A stretch of 64,000 nt of DNA from an uncultured Clostridia bacterium (GTDB lineage Bacteria > Bacillota > Clostridia > Oscillospirales > Acutalibacteraceae): the NCBI GenBank assembly GCA_947584595.1, contig CANPWP010000005.1, positions 4,350-68,349 on the forward strand, written 5' to 3'. This document shows, piece after piece, positions 1 through 9,075 of this stretch. Numbering within the stretch: position 1 is the first letter of the stretch; every line of letters begins with the position of its first letter. The translations under genes and the position numbers were made by a program. The notes under the pieces were generated by a model. The model saw only the letters and a program-made list of their open reading frames with translations. It was not told where the DNA came from and ran no database searches.

Positions 1-1
1 C

Positions 2-187
2 GATTACTTTTTACCCTTTATCAAGATAGTTCCCCTTAATCTTGTTATAAGCATTTTAGCGTCTTATATTGTAGGCGTTTTAATAAAACTTATAAGCAGG
101 CCGTTAATGAAGTTTATGCTGACTTATAAATTAAGCAATTTGTTTAATAAGACAAATAACAAAGTTGAACTTCATAATGAAGAATAA
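2..187 (+). CDS. 3' end of a membrane protein (partial, runs off window start)
   Basis: Frame 2 is open from base 2 to TAA at 185-187 (DYFLPFIKIVPLNLVISILASYIVGVLIKLISRPLMKF...EE*). It has a hydrophobic segment and is followed by a terminator. Not in the ORF track. Confidence 0.6.
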   Translation, partial: DYFLPFIKIVPLNLVISILASYIVGVLIKLISRPLMKFMLTYKLSNLFNKTNNKVELHNEE

Positions 188-193
188 ACAAGT

Positions 194-237
194 AAAATGC
201 TCCATTTTGGAATTACCTTTCAAATGGAGCATTTTTT
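194..237 (+). terminator. Rho-independent terminator
   Basis: Perfect 14-bp inverted repeat AAAATGCTCCATTT / AAATGGAGCATTTT followed by T-run, just after the stop at 187. Confidence 0.8.
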
Positions 238-566
238 ACTGTAAGGTTATCAGCCTAAACTTAATATTAAAAATCGGATATTTTTTATGTATGTTTTTCA
301 CAAATACATATAGAAAGTTTTAATTTTACTTATTCAATAAGTTTTGTTGATTTTTAAATATATTACAATATTGCATTTTAGATATAAAAATAATCTATGA
401 ATATCCTAAAATTATTTTTTCTAAAAGCTGATTTTTATAAGATATTTACTTTACTTTTAAAAACAAAAGTGATAAAATCTTATAAGGTACGCAATTGTAT
501 CAATAGCAGAATATTGCAGAAATCAAAACGCATTTCTGCATTAAATATTTAAGGAGGACAAATCCA

Positions 567-3500
567 ATGGCAAGACAAATGAAAACAATGGATGGTAACA
601 GTGCCGCCGCTCATGTTTCATATGCGTTTACAGATGTGGCAGCAATTTACCCAATTACCCCATCCTCTGTAATGGCTGATTTAACAGACCAGTTTGCAGT
701 TCAGGGTAAAAAGAATTTATTTGGAAGAGAAGTTCAGGTTACTGAAATGCAGTCTGAGGGAGGTGCTTCAGGCGCAGTTCACGGTTCTTTGGCAGCAGGT
801 GCCTTAACTACTACTTACACAGCATCTCAGGGCTTACTCCTGATGATTCCTAATATGTATAAAATGGCAGGGGAACTTTTGCCAAGCGTTATTCATGTTT
901 CAGCTCGTGCATTAACAAGCCATGCACTTTCAATTTTCGGCGATCATTCAGATATTTATGCTTGCCGTCAGACTGGTTATGCAATGCTTTGCTCTAATAA
1001 CCCTCAAGAGGTTATGGACCTTGCGGCAGTTGCTCACCTTTCTGCAATTAAGGGCAGAGTTCCTTTCCTTCATTTCTTTGACGGTTTCAGAACTTCTCAC
1101 GAGATTCAAAAAATCGAAACATGGGATTATGACGATTTAGGTGATATGCTCGACTGGGACGCAGTTGAAGCATACAGAAGAAGAAGCTTAAATCCGGAAC
1201 ATCCGGTGATAAGAGGTACAGCTCAAAACGACGATATCTTCTTCCAGGCAAGGGAGGCTTGTAATAAATATTACGATGCAGTTCCTGAGGTCGTAGTTGA
1301 ATATATGAACAAGGTAAACGCAAAAGCGGGTACAGACTACAAGCCTTTTAACTATTACGGTGCAGAGGACGCAGAGCATGTAATTGTTGCAATGGGTTCT
1401 GTATGCGACTGTGCAGAAGAAGTTGTTGATTACTTAAATGCAGCAGGAGAAAAAACAGGTCTTATTAAAGTAAGACTTTACAGACCTTTCGTTGCAGATT
1501 ATCTTTTAAGCGAGCTTCCTAAAACAGTTAAAACTATATCAGTTCTTGACAGAACAAAAGAGCCCGGCTCAATCGGCGAACCGCTTTACCTTGATGTTCT
1601 TGCAGCTATCAACGGTTCAGACTTCTCTGACGTTAAGGTTTATACAGGTCGTTACGGTCTTGGTTCAAAGGATACAACCCCTGCTGATATCGTTGCCGTT
1701 TACAGAAACGCTCAGAGTGCAGCTCCTAAGAAGAGATTTACAATCGGCATTGTTGACGATGTTACAAATCTTTCCCTTGAAATTAAAGAAAATCCTGATA
1801 CAACTCCTGCCGGCACAAGTTCATGTAAATTCTGGGGTCTTGGCGCAGACGGTACAGTTGGTGCAAATAAAAACTCAATTAAAATTATCGGCGACTATAC
1901 TGATATGTACGCTCAGGGTTACTTTGCTTATGACTCAAAGAAATCAGGCGGCTTGACAGTTTCTCACCTTCGTTTCGGTAATACTCCTATTAAATCTACT
2001 TACTATATCAGCAAGGCTGACTTTGTTGCCTGTCATAATCCTTCATATGTTGACAAATATGATATGGTTGAAGACCTTAAGGAAGGCGGTTCATTCCTCC
2101 TTAACTGTCCTTGGGATGTTGATGAGCTTGATAAGCGTCTACCGGGTAAAATGAAGAGACTTCTTGCTGAAAAGAAGATCAATTTCTACACTATCGACGG
2201 TATCTCAATCGGTAAAGAAATCGGACTGGGCGGAAGAATAAATACAATTTTGCAGTCTGCTTTCTTTAAAATTGCCGACATTATCCCTGCAGAAAAAGCT
2301 AAGGAATATATGAAAGAAAAGGCTACTCAGTCTTACAGCAAAAAGGGTCAGGCTATTGTAGATATGAACCATGCCGCTATTGACAGAGGTATGTCAGACC
2401 TTAAAAAAGTTGAAGTTCCTGCTGAATGGCTTAACGCCGATGATACTTTAGTTGATGAAAAAGTTACTGAGGGCAGAGATGAAGTAGTTAAATATGTAAA
2501 CGAAATTTTGAATCCTGTTAATGCTTATAAAGGAAATCAGCTTCCTGTATCTGCATTTATGGATCACGTTGACGGTACTGCTCCAAACGGTTCTTCCGCT
2601 TATGAGAAGAGAGGTATTGCAGTAGATGTTCCTCAGTGGATTCCTGAAAATTGTATTCAGTGTAACAGATGTTCTTATGTATGTCCTCACGCTGTAATTC
2701 GTCCTGCTGCTTTAACAGATGACGAAGCTGCAAATGCACCTTCAAATATTCAGACTCTTCCTATGACAGGTATGCCTGATCTTAAATTTACAATGACAGT
2801 TTCAACTCTTGACTGTACAGGCTGCGGTTCCTGTGCACAGGTTTGCCCTGGCAAAAAAGGAGAAAAGGCTCTTGTTATGAAGCCAATCGATTCACAGCTT
2901 GAGAGTCAGGAAGTATTCAATTATGCAAGAGACCTTCAGGATAAGCCTGAAGTAACAGAGAAGTTTAAAGAAACGACCGTTAAAGGCAGTCAGTTTAAAC
3001 AGCCTCTGCTTGAATTTTCAGGCGCCTGCGCAGGCTGCGGTGAAACTCCTTATGCTAAGCTTGTAACTCAGCTTTTTGGAGACAGAATGTTTATTGCTAA
3101 CGCAACAGGCTGTTCATCAATCTGGGGTGCTTCTGCTCCTGCAACTCCTTATACAGTTAATAAAAAAGGTTTTGGTCCTGCATGGCAGAACAGCTTGTTT
3201 GAAGATAACGCAGAGTTCGGTTACGGTATGGCTTTAGGTCAAAAAGCTATTCGCAGCAGACTTGCAGAGTATGTTGAGAAAATCGCTGATTTAACAGACA
3301 AACAGGATGTTAAAGACGCTTGTGCAGAGTATCTTAATACAACAACAGATTCAAAAGCAAACCGAGGTGCAACAGACGCTTTAATTGAAAAATTAGAGGT
3401 TCTCGCAGGAGAAAGCGGAGAAGTTGCAGAACTTGCTCAGAAAACACTTGTAGATAAAGATGAGCTTGCTAAGAAATCAGTATGGATCTTCGGCGGCGAC

Positions 3501-4133
3501 GGCTGGGCTTACGATATCGGTTTCGGCGGTCTTGACCATGTAATCGCATCAGGCGAAAATGTAAATATTCTTGTATTCGATACAGAGGTTTACTCAAATA
3601 CAGGAGGTCAGGCTTCAAAGGCTACACCTGTAGGTTCAGTTGCGCAGTTTGCAGCAGCAGGTAAATCTATGAAGAAAAAAGACCTTGCTGCTATCGCTAT
3701 GAGCTACGGTTATGTATATGTTGCTCAGGTTGCTATGGGTGCAGATTATAATCAGTGCATTAAAGCTATGGTAGAGGCTGAAAGCTATAACGGTCCTTCA
3801 ATCGTTATCTGCTATGCTCCATGTATCAACCACGGTATCAAGGGCGGTATGGGCATTGCTCAGAAAGAAGAGGAAAAGGCTGTTCAGGCAGGTTATTGGA
3901 ACTGCTTTAGATTTGACCCACGCCTTGCAGACGAGGGCAAAAATCCGTTTATGCTTGACAGCAAAGCGCCATCTGCTTCTTATCGTGACTTCATTATGGG
4001 TGAGGTTCGTTATAACAGACTTGCTCGTGCAAACCCAGAAAGAGCAGAAAAACTCTTTACTAAGGCTGAAGACCTTGCAGAGAAGAAGTATGAGCATCTT
4101 GCAAAACTTGCAAGCTTTGAAGACGCAAAATAA
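567..4133 (+). CDS. nifJ: pyruvate:ferredoxin (flavodoxin) oxidoreductase, single-chain
   Basis: 1188 aa; YPITPSS N-terminal motif, two ferredoxin motifs (CIQCNRCSYVCP, CTGCGSCAQVCP), TPP motif GGDGWAYDIG...YSNTGGQ; SD AAGGAGG at 551-557. Confidence 0.97.
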   Translation: MARQMKTMDGNSAAAHVSYAFTDVAAIYPITPSSVMADLTDQFAVQGKKNLFGREVQVTEMQSEGGASGAVHGSLAAGALTTTYTASQGLLLMIPNMYKMAGELLPSVIHVSARALTSHALSIFGDHSDIYACRQTGYAMLCSNNPQEVMDLAAVAHLSAIKGRVPFLHFFDGFRTSHEIQKIETWDYDDLGDMLDWDAVEAYRRRSLNPEHPVIRGTAQNDDIFFQAREACNKYYDAVPEVVVEYMNKVNAKAGTDYKPFNYYGAEDAEHVIVAMGSVCDCAEEVVDYLNAAGEKTGLIKVRLYRPFVADYLLSELPKTVKTISVLDRTKEPGSIGEPLYLDVLAAINGSDFSDVKVYTGRYGLGSKDTTPADIVAVYRNAQSAAPKKRFTIGIVDDVTNLSLEIKENPDTTPAGTSSCKFWGLGADGTVGANKNSIKIIGDYTDMYAQGYFAYDSKKSGGLTVSHLRFGNTPIKSTYYISKADFVACHNPSYVDKYDMVEDLKEGGSFLLNCPWDVDELDKRLPGKMKRLLAEKKINFYTIDGISIGKEIGLGGRINTILQSAFFKIADIIPAEKAKEYMKEKATQSYSKKGQAIVDMNHAAIDRGMSDLKKVEVPAEWLNADDTLVDEKVTEGRDEVVKYVNEILNPVNAYKGNQLPVSAFMDHVDGTAPNGSSAYEKRGIAVDVPQWIPENCIQCNRCSYVCPHAVIRPAALTDDEAANAPSNIQTLPMTGMPDLKFTMTVSTLDCTGCGSCAQVCPGKKGEKALVMKPIDSQLESQEVFNYARDLQDKPEVTEKFKETTVKGSQFKQPLLEFSGACAGCGETPYAKLVTQLFGDRMFIANATGCSSIWGASAPATPYTVNKKGFGPAWQNSLFEDNAEFGYGMALGQKAIRSRLAEYVEKIADLTDKQDVKDACAEYLNTTTDSKANRGATDALIEKLEVLAGESGEVAELAQKTLVDKDELAKKSVWIFGGDGWAYDIGFGGLDHVIASGENVNILVFDTEVYSNTGGQASKATPVGSVAQFAAAGKSMKKKDLAAIAMSYGYVYVAQVAMGADYNQCIKAMVEAESYNGPSIVICYAPCINHGIKGGMGIAQKEEEKAVQAGYWNCFRFDPRLADEGKNPFMLDSKAPSASYRDFIMGEVRYNRLARANPERAEKLFTKAEDLAEKKYEHLAKLASFEDAK

Positions 4134-4164
4134 TTAAAAGTAAAAGCAAAAATAAATAAAAATT

Positions 4165-4195
4165 GACCGGCTCTGAATTGAGCCGGTCTTTTTTC
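4165..4195 (+). terminator. nifJ terminator
   Basis: GACCGGCTC-tgaatt-GAGCCGGTC followed by a T-tract. Confidence 0.9.
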
Positions 4196-4540
4196 GTGTA
4201 AATGAATATAGAAATATATATATTTTCATTTGATATTGTGTTAAGTTATAAAAAGCTTAATGAAATAACCACTTTGTAAAAACAATACAGAGCGGATAAA
4301 TTTTAAAGATTAATCATTAGTGCAAACAGCAAAAACTGTTCCTTTGCTGTCTTTATAATAACATGATATATGCACTTTTTTAACAAAAATATTTTTTTAG
4401 TTTTCAAAGGAAACTTAATAATAAAAGCAAATTTACAGGATGTCTCAAATGAACATCTTTCCCTATTTATATATAAATTCATATGTAATTTACTTGTTTA
4501 TTGAATTTTTAAATTATAAATAGTATAATATTTATAAATT

Positions 4541-5443
4541 TTACAGTATAATTCCCAAGCATAACAAAGGAATGAGCCTTTCATATTCTTTATCAAAATC
4601 AGATAGTGGCAGCGGGTTTTTGCCAAATCCTATTTCAACGGTAAATGCAGGCTTTTTAAAAAGACTTATAAACCTGTCTTTAAATCCTCCGCCGACCGCA
4701 AGACCCTCGGGTGAGCTTACCGTATATTTTGCAGAGTCAGCAAGTATATTTGCAATCATAAGACTGTCTTTGGGAGTGTATTTTCCAAAATCCCAGTAGA
4801 TTTCCCTGCCCTGACTGTGAAACGCTAAAGCTTTTGAAAAACTGTTTATTTTACAAAAATTAATCAAGCCTGAACTTTCAGGCTCACTTTCGGGAGCTCT
4901 TCCGCCATAGCGTGTTTGTGAGGGATATAAAATTCTGTTTTTTATTTCAAGCCTTTTAAGCTGTTTCCATCCGGCATTAAAATTGTGATTTAAGTCAATT
5001 CCCCTTGCGTTTGCCTGCCAGCAGGAAGTGTCGTGGGTTATGTTGTCAACAATACGCTTGTATTTTCCTGCGGTTTTACTCCCGTTTATCTGGATTTCCA
5101 CCCCGTCGGGATTTATGCACGGAATAATTGTAAGACCGCTGATTTTAACAAAATCATATATTCTGAAACAGAGTATATCCTGGTTTTCAGTAATGCTTTT
5201 ACAACACTGCTCTAAAAATTTCAGCAAAACAATGCTTGTAAGCCACTCCATTCCGTGAAATGCACCTACATAAAGGGCTTTTTTCTGATTTTCTCCTATG
5301 GAGTAAGCATAAATAGGTCTTTGGCACAGGCTTTTTGCAACCAACTCCTTTTTTACAAATGGGAATTGTGCTGTTAATCTTTCTTCAATTTTACTTCTTT
5401 GCTCAAAATCGGGCATAATATTATAGTCAATATATTCAATCAA
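4541..5443 (-). CDS. M14 zinc carboxypeptidase, gamma-D-glutamyl-meso-diaminopimelate peptidase-like
   Basis: GAFHGMEW (HxxE), INPDG, NARGIDLNHNF, FHSQG, TVEIG motifs; TTG start with GGAGA SD. Confidence 0.85.
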   Translation of the reverse strand: MIEYIDYNIMPDFEQRSKIEERLTAQFPFVKKELVAKSLCQRPIYAYSIGENQKKALYVGAFHGMEWLTSIVLLKFLEQCCKSITENQDILCFRIYDFVKISGLTIIPCINPDGVEIQINGSKTAGKYKRIVDNITHDTSCWQANARGIDLNHNFNAGWKQLKRLEIKNRILYPSQTRYGGRAPESEPESSGLINFCKINSFSKALAFHSQGREIYWDFGKYTPKDSLMIANILADSAKYTVSSPEGLAVGGGFKDRFISLFKKPAFTVEIGFGKNPLPLSDFDKEYERLIPLLCLGIIL

Positions 5444-5469
5444 AAAATCATCTCCGGGAAGTGTTATAA

Positions 5470-6015
5470 ATGGATTTAACTGAAAAAACTTTAAGCAGTC
5501 AAACGGTTTTTGACGGTAGGATTTTAAAAATTACGGTGAATGATGTTGAACTTCCTGACGGACAAAAATCAAAAAGAGAGGTCGTAGGTCATCCGGGAGG
5601 AGTTTGCATTGCTCCCCTTGACGGTGAAAATAATCTTTATTTTGTCAAGCAGTACAGATATCCATATCACGAGGTTGTGCTTGAGCTTCCGGCAGGTAAG
5701 CTTGAAAAAGGTATGACGCCTCTTGAAAACGGAAAAAGAGAGCTAAAGGAAGAAGTCGGCGCCGAGGGATATTCATTTATATCTTTAGGTCAGCTTTATC
5801 CCTCACCGGGGTATACTGCTGAAATCATTCACCTTTACGCATGCAAAATTAAAAGCATCGGCGAACAACAGCTTGATGAAGGCGAATTTTTAAATGTTGA
5901 GAAAATTCATATTGACAAAGCAGTTGAAATGGTGCTTAATAATCAGCTTCCCGATTCAAAAACGCAAACTGCGGTTTTAAAATTATCGCTTCTTTTAAAA
6001 AGCGGAAAAATATAA
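5470..6015 (+). CDS. nudF: NUDIX hydrolase (ADP-ribose pyrophosphatase-like)
   Basis: Nudix box PAGKLEKGMTPLENGKRELKEEVG; QYRYP and SPG motifs. Confidence 0.85.
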   Translation: MDLTEKTLSSQTVFDGRILKITVNDVELPDGQKSKREVVGHPGGVCIAPLDGENNLYFVKQYRYPYHEVVLELPAGKLEKGMTPLENGKRELKEEVGAEGYSFISLGQLYPSPGYTAEIIHLYACKIKSIGEQQLDEGEFLNVEKIHIDKAVEMVLNNQLPDSKTQTAVLKLSLLLKSGKI

Positions 6016-6035
6016 GGATAGGTATATAAAAATTT

Positions 6036-6950
6036 ATGCAGATTTTTAATGAGTTAGTACCCACAAGAGAACATTCGGCGGCGGCGCTTGGCTTTTTTGA
6101 CGGAATACATATGGGTCACAGAGCAGTTCTTGAAAAGGCTGTAAGCACAAAAAAAGACGGACTTACTCCCGTTGTTTTAACCTTTTCAAAAAGTCCTAAA
6201 GAAGTAATTTCGGGAAAAATCTTTGAAACTCTTGAAACCTTTGAGCATAAAGCAAAGCATCTTGAAAAAGCAGGTATCGAAAAGCTTTATGCTGTAAACT
6301 TTTTAAGTGTCAAGGATATGTCCCCCAGTGAGTTTGTCCTAAAAATTTTAATACAAAAATTAAATGTAAAACAGGTTTTCTGCGGATTTAATTATCACTT
6401 CGGAAAAGGCGGAAAAGGAACAGGAGAAACTCTTGTATCTGTTTGCAAGGAATTTGGAATCACCGCAAATGTTGTGCCGCCCGTTATAATCGACGGAGAG
6501 ATCGTATCTTCAACAAAAATACGCACCCTTTTAAAAGATGGCAACATCAAACAGGCAAATAAACTTTTAGGCTATTATTTCGGCATAAAAACCGATATCA
6601 TTCACGGCAATCATATAGGAAAAGGTCTTGGTTTCCCGACAATAAATCAGCCTGTTAAAGAGGGAATTATTGTTCCTAAATTCGGAGTATATGCGTCGGT
6701 TGTTACAATAGACAATAAAAAATACTGCGGTGTTACCAATGTAGGGGTAAAGCCGACTATCGGTGAGTATAAACCTCTTTATGAAACCTGGATGCCAAAA
6801 TATACAGGAGGGGATATTTACGGCAAAACTGCAACCGTTGAGCTTAAAGAATTTATCCGCCCCGAAACAAAGTTTAAAACCCTTGAGGAACTAAAGCAGA
6901 CTGTTCTGAAAAACGGAGAGCAGGCACTTGAAATAATAGGAGCGCTTTAA
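6036..6950 (+). CDS. ribF: bifunctional riboflavin kinase/FAD synthetase
   Basis: GFFDGIHMGH, GFNYHFG, VSSTKIR, GFPTIN, NVGVKPT motifs. Confidence 0.95.
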   Translation: MQIFNELVPTREHSAAALGFFDGIHMGHRAVLEKAVSTKKDGLTPVVLTFSKSPKEVISGKIFETLETFEHKAKHLEKAGIEKLYAVNFLSVKDMSPSEFVLKILIQKLNVKQVFCGFNYHFGKGGKGTGETLVSVCKEFGITANVVPPVIIDGEIVSSTKIRTLLKDGNIKQANKLLGYYFGIKTDIIHGNHIGKGLGFPTINQPVKEGIIVPKFGVYASVVTIDNKKYCGVTNVGVKPTIGEYKPLYETWMPKYTGGDIYGKTATVELKEFIRPETKFKTLEELKQTVLKNGEQALEIIGAL

Positions 6951-6970
6951 AATTTTGAGAGGTGAATAAA

Positions 6971-7510
6971 ATGACCCCTGAAACACTATCCGTAAACGGA
7001 AAAGATTTTAAAGTAATAAAATTATTAGGAAAAGGCAAAGGCGGATATTCTTATTTGGTAACTGATAAAAAAGATTATTACACGCTAAAGCAAATCCATC
7101 ATGAGCCTTGTTCCTACTATCAGTTCGGAGATAAAATACAAGCGGAAATTAACGATTATAGACATCTAAAAAATATAGGAATTGAAATACCTAAAATGAT
7201 AGATGTTGATATTGAAAACGAGCGGATTTTAAAGGAATATATTGAGGGAGAAACTATCTATGACCTCGTTTTGCAGGATAAAATGAAGGAAATTTATTTG
7301 AAACAAATTAAAGATATGTGCAGGTTGCTTTATCCTGCAAATACAAATATAGACTACTTTCCCACAAACTTTATAGTTCAGAACGATAAAATATATTACA
7401 TAGATTTTAAATGTAACGATTATATAAAAGAATGGAATTTTGAAAATTGGGGAATTAAGTATTGGTCAAAAACTCCTGAATTTTTAAAATATGCAGAAAA
7501 TCATAAATAA
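6971..7510 (+). CDS. small protein-kinase-like-fold protein of unknown function
   Basis: Gly-loop LGKGKGGYSYL, beta3 Lys (TLKQ), catalytic-loop-like IDYFPTNF, IDF motif. Start moved to ATG 6971 because the ORF-track GTG overlaps the SD GAGGTGA. Confidence 0.65.
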   Translation: MTPETLSVNGKDFKVIKLLGKGKGGYSYLVTDKKDYYTLKQIHHEPCSYYQFGDKIQAEINDYRHLKNIGIEIPKMIDVDIENERILKEYIEGETIYDLVLQDKMKEIYLKQIKDMCRLLYPANTNIDYFPTNFIVQNDKIYYIDFKCNDYIKEWNFENWGIKYWSKTPEFLKYAENHK

Positions 7511-7561
7511 AGTGCTTAACAGCAGAGAATTAAACGATATTAGAATAAAATTCTTATAATA

Positions 7562-7601
7562 AAAACGCCAATTGGTTTTACTTTTAACCGATTGGCGTTT
7601 T
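7562..7601. terminator. bidirectional terminator between convergent genes
   Basis: AAAACGCCAATTGGTT / AACCGATTGGCGTTTT inverted repeat with A/T runs at both ends. Confidence 0.8.
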
Positions 7602-8058
7602 ATATCGTTATGTTGTTTTTGATTTTTTCAAATGTCTTTTCTCCTATACCGCTTACATTCATTATTTCATCAATTGATGTAAAATTTCCGTTTGAGCTTC
7701 GGTAATCAATAATCTTTTGTGCTTTGCTGGGACCAATTCCGTTGAGAGTTGCAAGGGTTTCTGCGTCTGCCGTATTTATATTTATTAAATAACTTTCAGT
7801 TTCTACAGGTATTGTTTCAGAACTGTCAGGTTGATTAATTTCTTCATTATTATCTACAGGCACCGTTTCTCCATTAATATCTTCATTAGTATTTTCGTTA
7901 ATTTCTTCGGATACGGTCGCTGACATATTATCTGAATGTATAACTGTGGCGGTTGCAGGTTTTGGAGTGTAAAACAAGGTAACAAGCATAGTAACGCTTA
8001 CAAAAATTAAGCCGACAGCAACTATTAACATTTCAGGAGAGTTGTTAAACCGCTTCAT
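7600..8058 (-). CDS. comEA: ComEA-family helix-hairpin-helix DNA receptor
   Basis: N-terminal TM, acidic linker, C-terminal ININTADAETLATLNGIGPSKAQKIIDYR...VSGIGEKT. Confidence 0.85.
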   Translation of the reverse strand: MKRFNNSPEMLIVAVGLIFVSVTMLVTLFYTPKPATATVIHSDNMSATVSEEINENTNEDINGETVPVDNNEEINQPDSSETIPVETESYLININTADAETLATLNGIGPSKAQKIIDYRSSNGNFTSIDEIMNVSGIGEKTFEKIKNNITI

Positions 8059-8294
8059 CTTACCATTTCCGATACAAATAAACTTGTATTTTAATCATAA
8101 TATATGGAAAATTTTTCCTCAATAAAATTTACTTAATTGTAACGAGAAATGTTTTCACCGCGTATAATAGTTGGCTTAAAATCTATATTTGGGTAAAGAT
8201 AAATGCGCTTGATTAAAATTGAATTTATAAAAGAAATTACAAATTTGTTTTTTGAGCACATCTTTCAATTTAAAGTCACTCTACTTACATCGTA

Positions 8295-8355
8295 AAATCT
8301 TAATTAAATCTTAATAACTTTACCGCTTTATTCTTAAACGGGTATCGTATATAAT
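8295..8355 (+). promoter_or_regulatory. 11-bp-period direct repeat plus -10 box upstream of response regulator
   Basis: AAATCTTAAT at 8295-8304 and 8306-8315; TATAAT at 8350-8355. Confidence 0.5.
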
Positions 8356-8376
8356 AATAGTCAAGGAGGATGACAT

Positions 8377-9075
8377 ATGTACAATATCCTGATTTGCGAT
8401 GATGAACAGGACATCATCAACGCACTTAAAATTTATTTATCCAATCCCGACTATACAATGTTTGAGGCTCATACTGGATATGAAGCTCTTGACATTATAA
8501 ATCAGGAAAATATTCATCTTGTCCTGATGGATATTATGATGCCTGATATGGACGGAATTTCTGCAATGGTAAAGCTTAGGGAGTTTTGCAACATACCGGT
8601 AATACTGCTGACTGCCAAAAGTGAGGACACTGATAAAATTTTAGGACTTAATGTTGGTGCTGACGATTACATAACAAAGCCCTTTAATCCTGTTGAAGTA
8701 GCGGCAAGAGTCCGTTCACAGCTAAGAAGATACTTACAGCTCGGCTGTGGAGAAATACGGTCTGACAGCTTTGTAATAGGAAATATTGAGCTTAATGACA
8801 GAACCAAGGAGGTTACTGTTGACGGCGAAGAGATATCTCTTACGCCTAAGGAGTACGATATTTTAAAACTTTTAATGTCTAATGCCGACAAGGTATTCTC
8901 GCCGAAAGATATTTATTTAAAGGTCTGGAAAGAAACACCTTTAGGAAGCGACAATACCGTTGCAGTTCATATTCGTCACTTGCGTGAAAAGATTGAGATA
9001 AATCCCGCAGAACCCAGATATCTGAAGGTCGTTTTCGGTCAAGGTTACAAAATAGAGAAAGGAAAACGAATATGA
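8377..9075 (+). CDS. OmpR/PhoB-family response regulator
   Basis: Receiver domain (ICDDE, LMDIMMP, LLTAK, GADDYITKPF) plus winged helix (LTPKEY, VHIRHLREKIE); SD AAGGAGG. Confidence 0.95.
   Translation: MYNILICDDEQDIINALKIYLSNPDYTMFEAHTGYEALDIINQENIHLVLMDIMMPDMDGISAMVKLREFCNIPVILLTAKSEDTDKILGLNVGADDYITKPFNPVEVAARVRSQLRRYLQLGCGEIRSDSFVIGNIELNDRTKEVTVDGEEISLTPKEYDILKLLMSNADKVFSPKDIYLKVWKETPLGSDNTVAVHIRHLREKIEINPAEPRYLKVVFGQGYKIEKGKRI

Noticed and set aside
468-486. Rex operator upstream of nifJ
   Set aside because: The best candidate matches only about 9 of 14 consensus positions in very AT-rich DNA.
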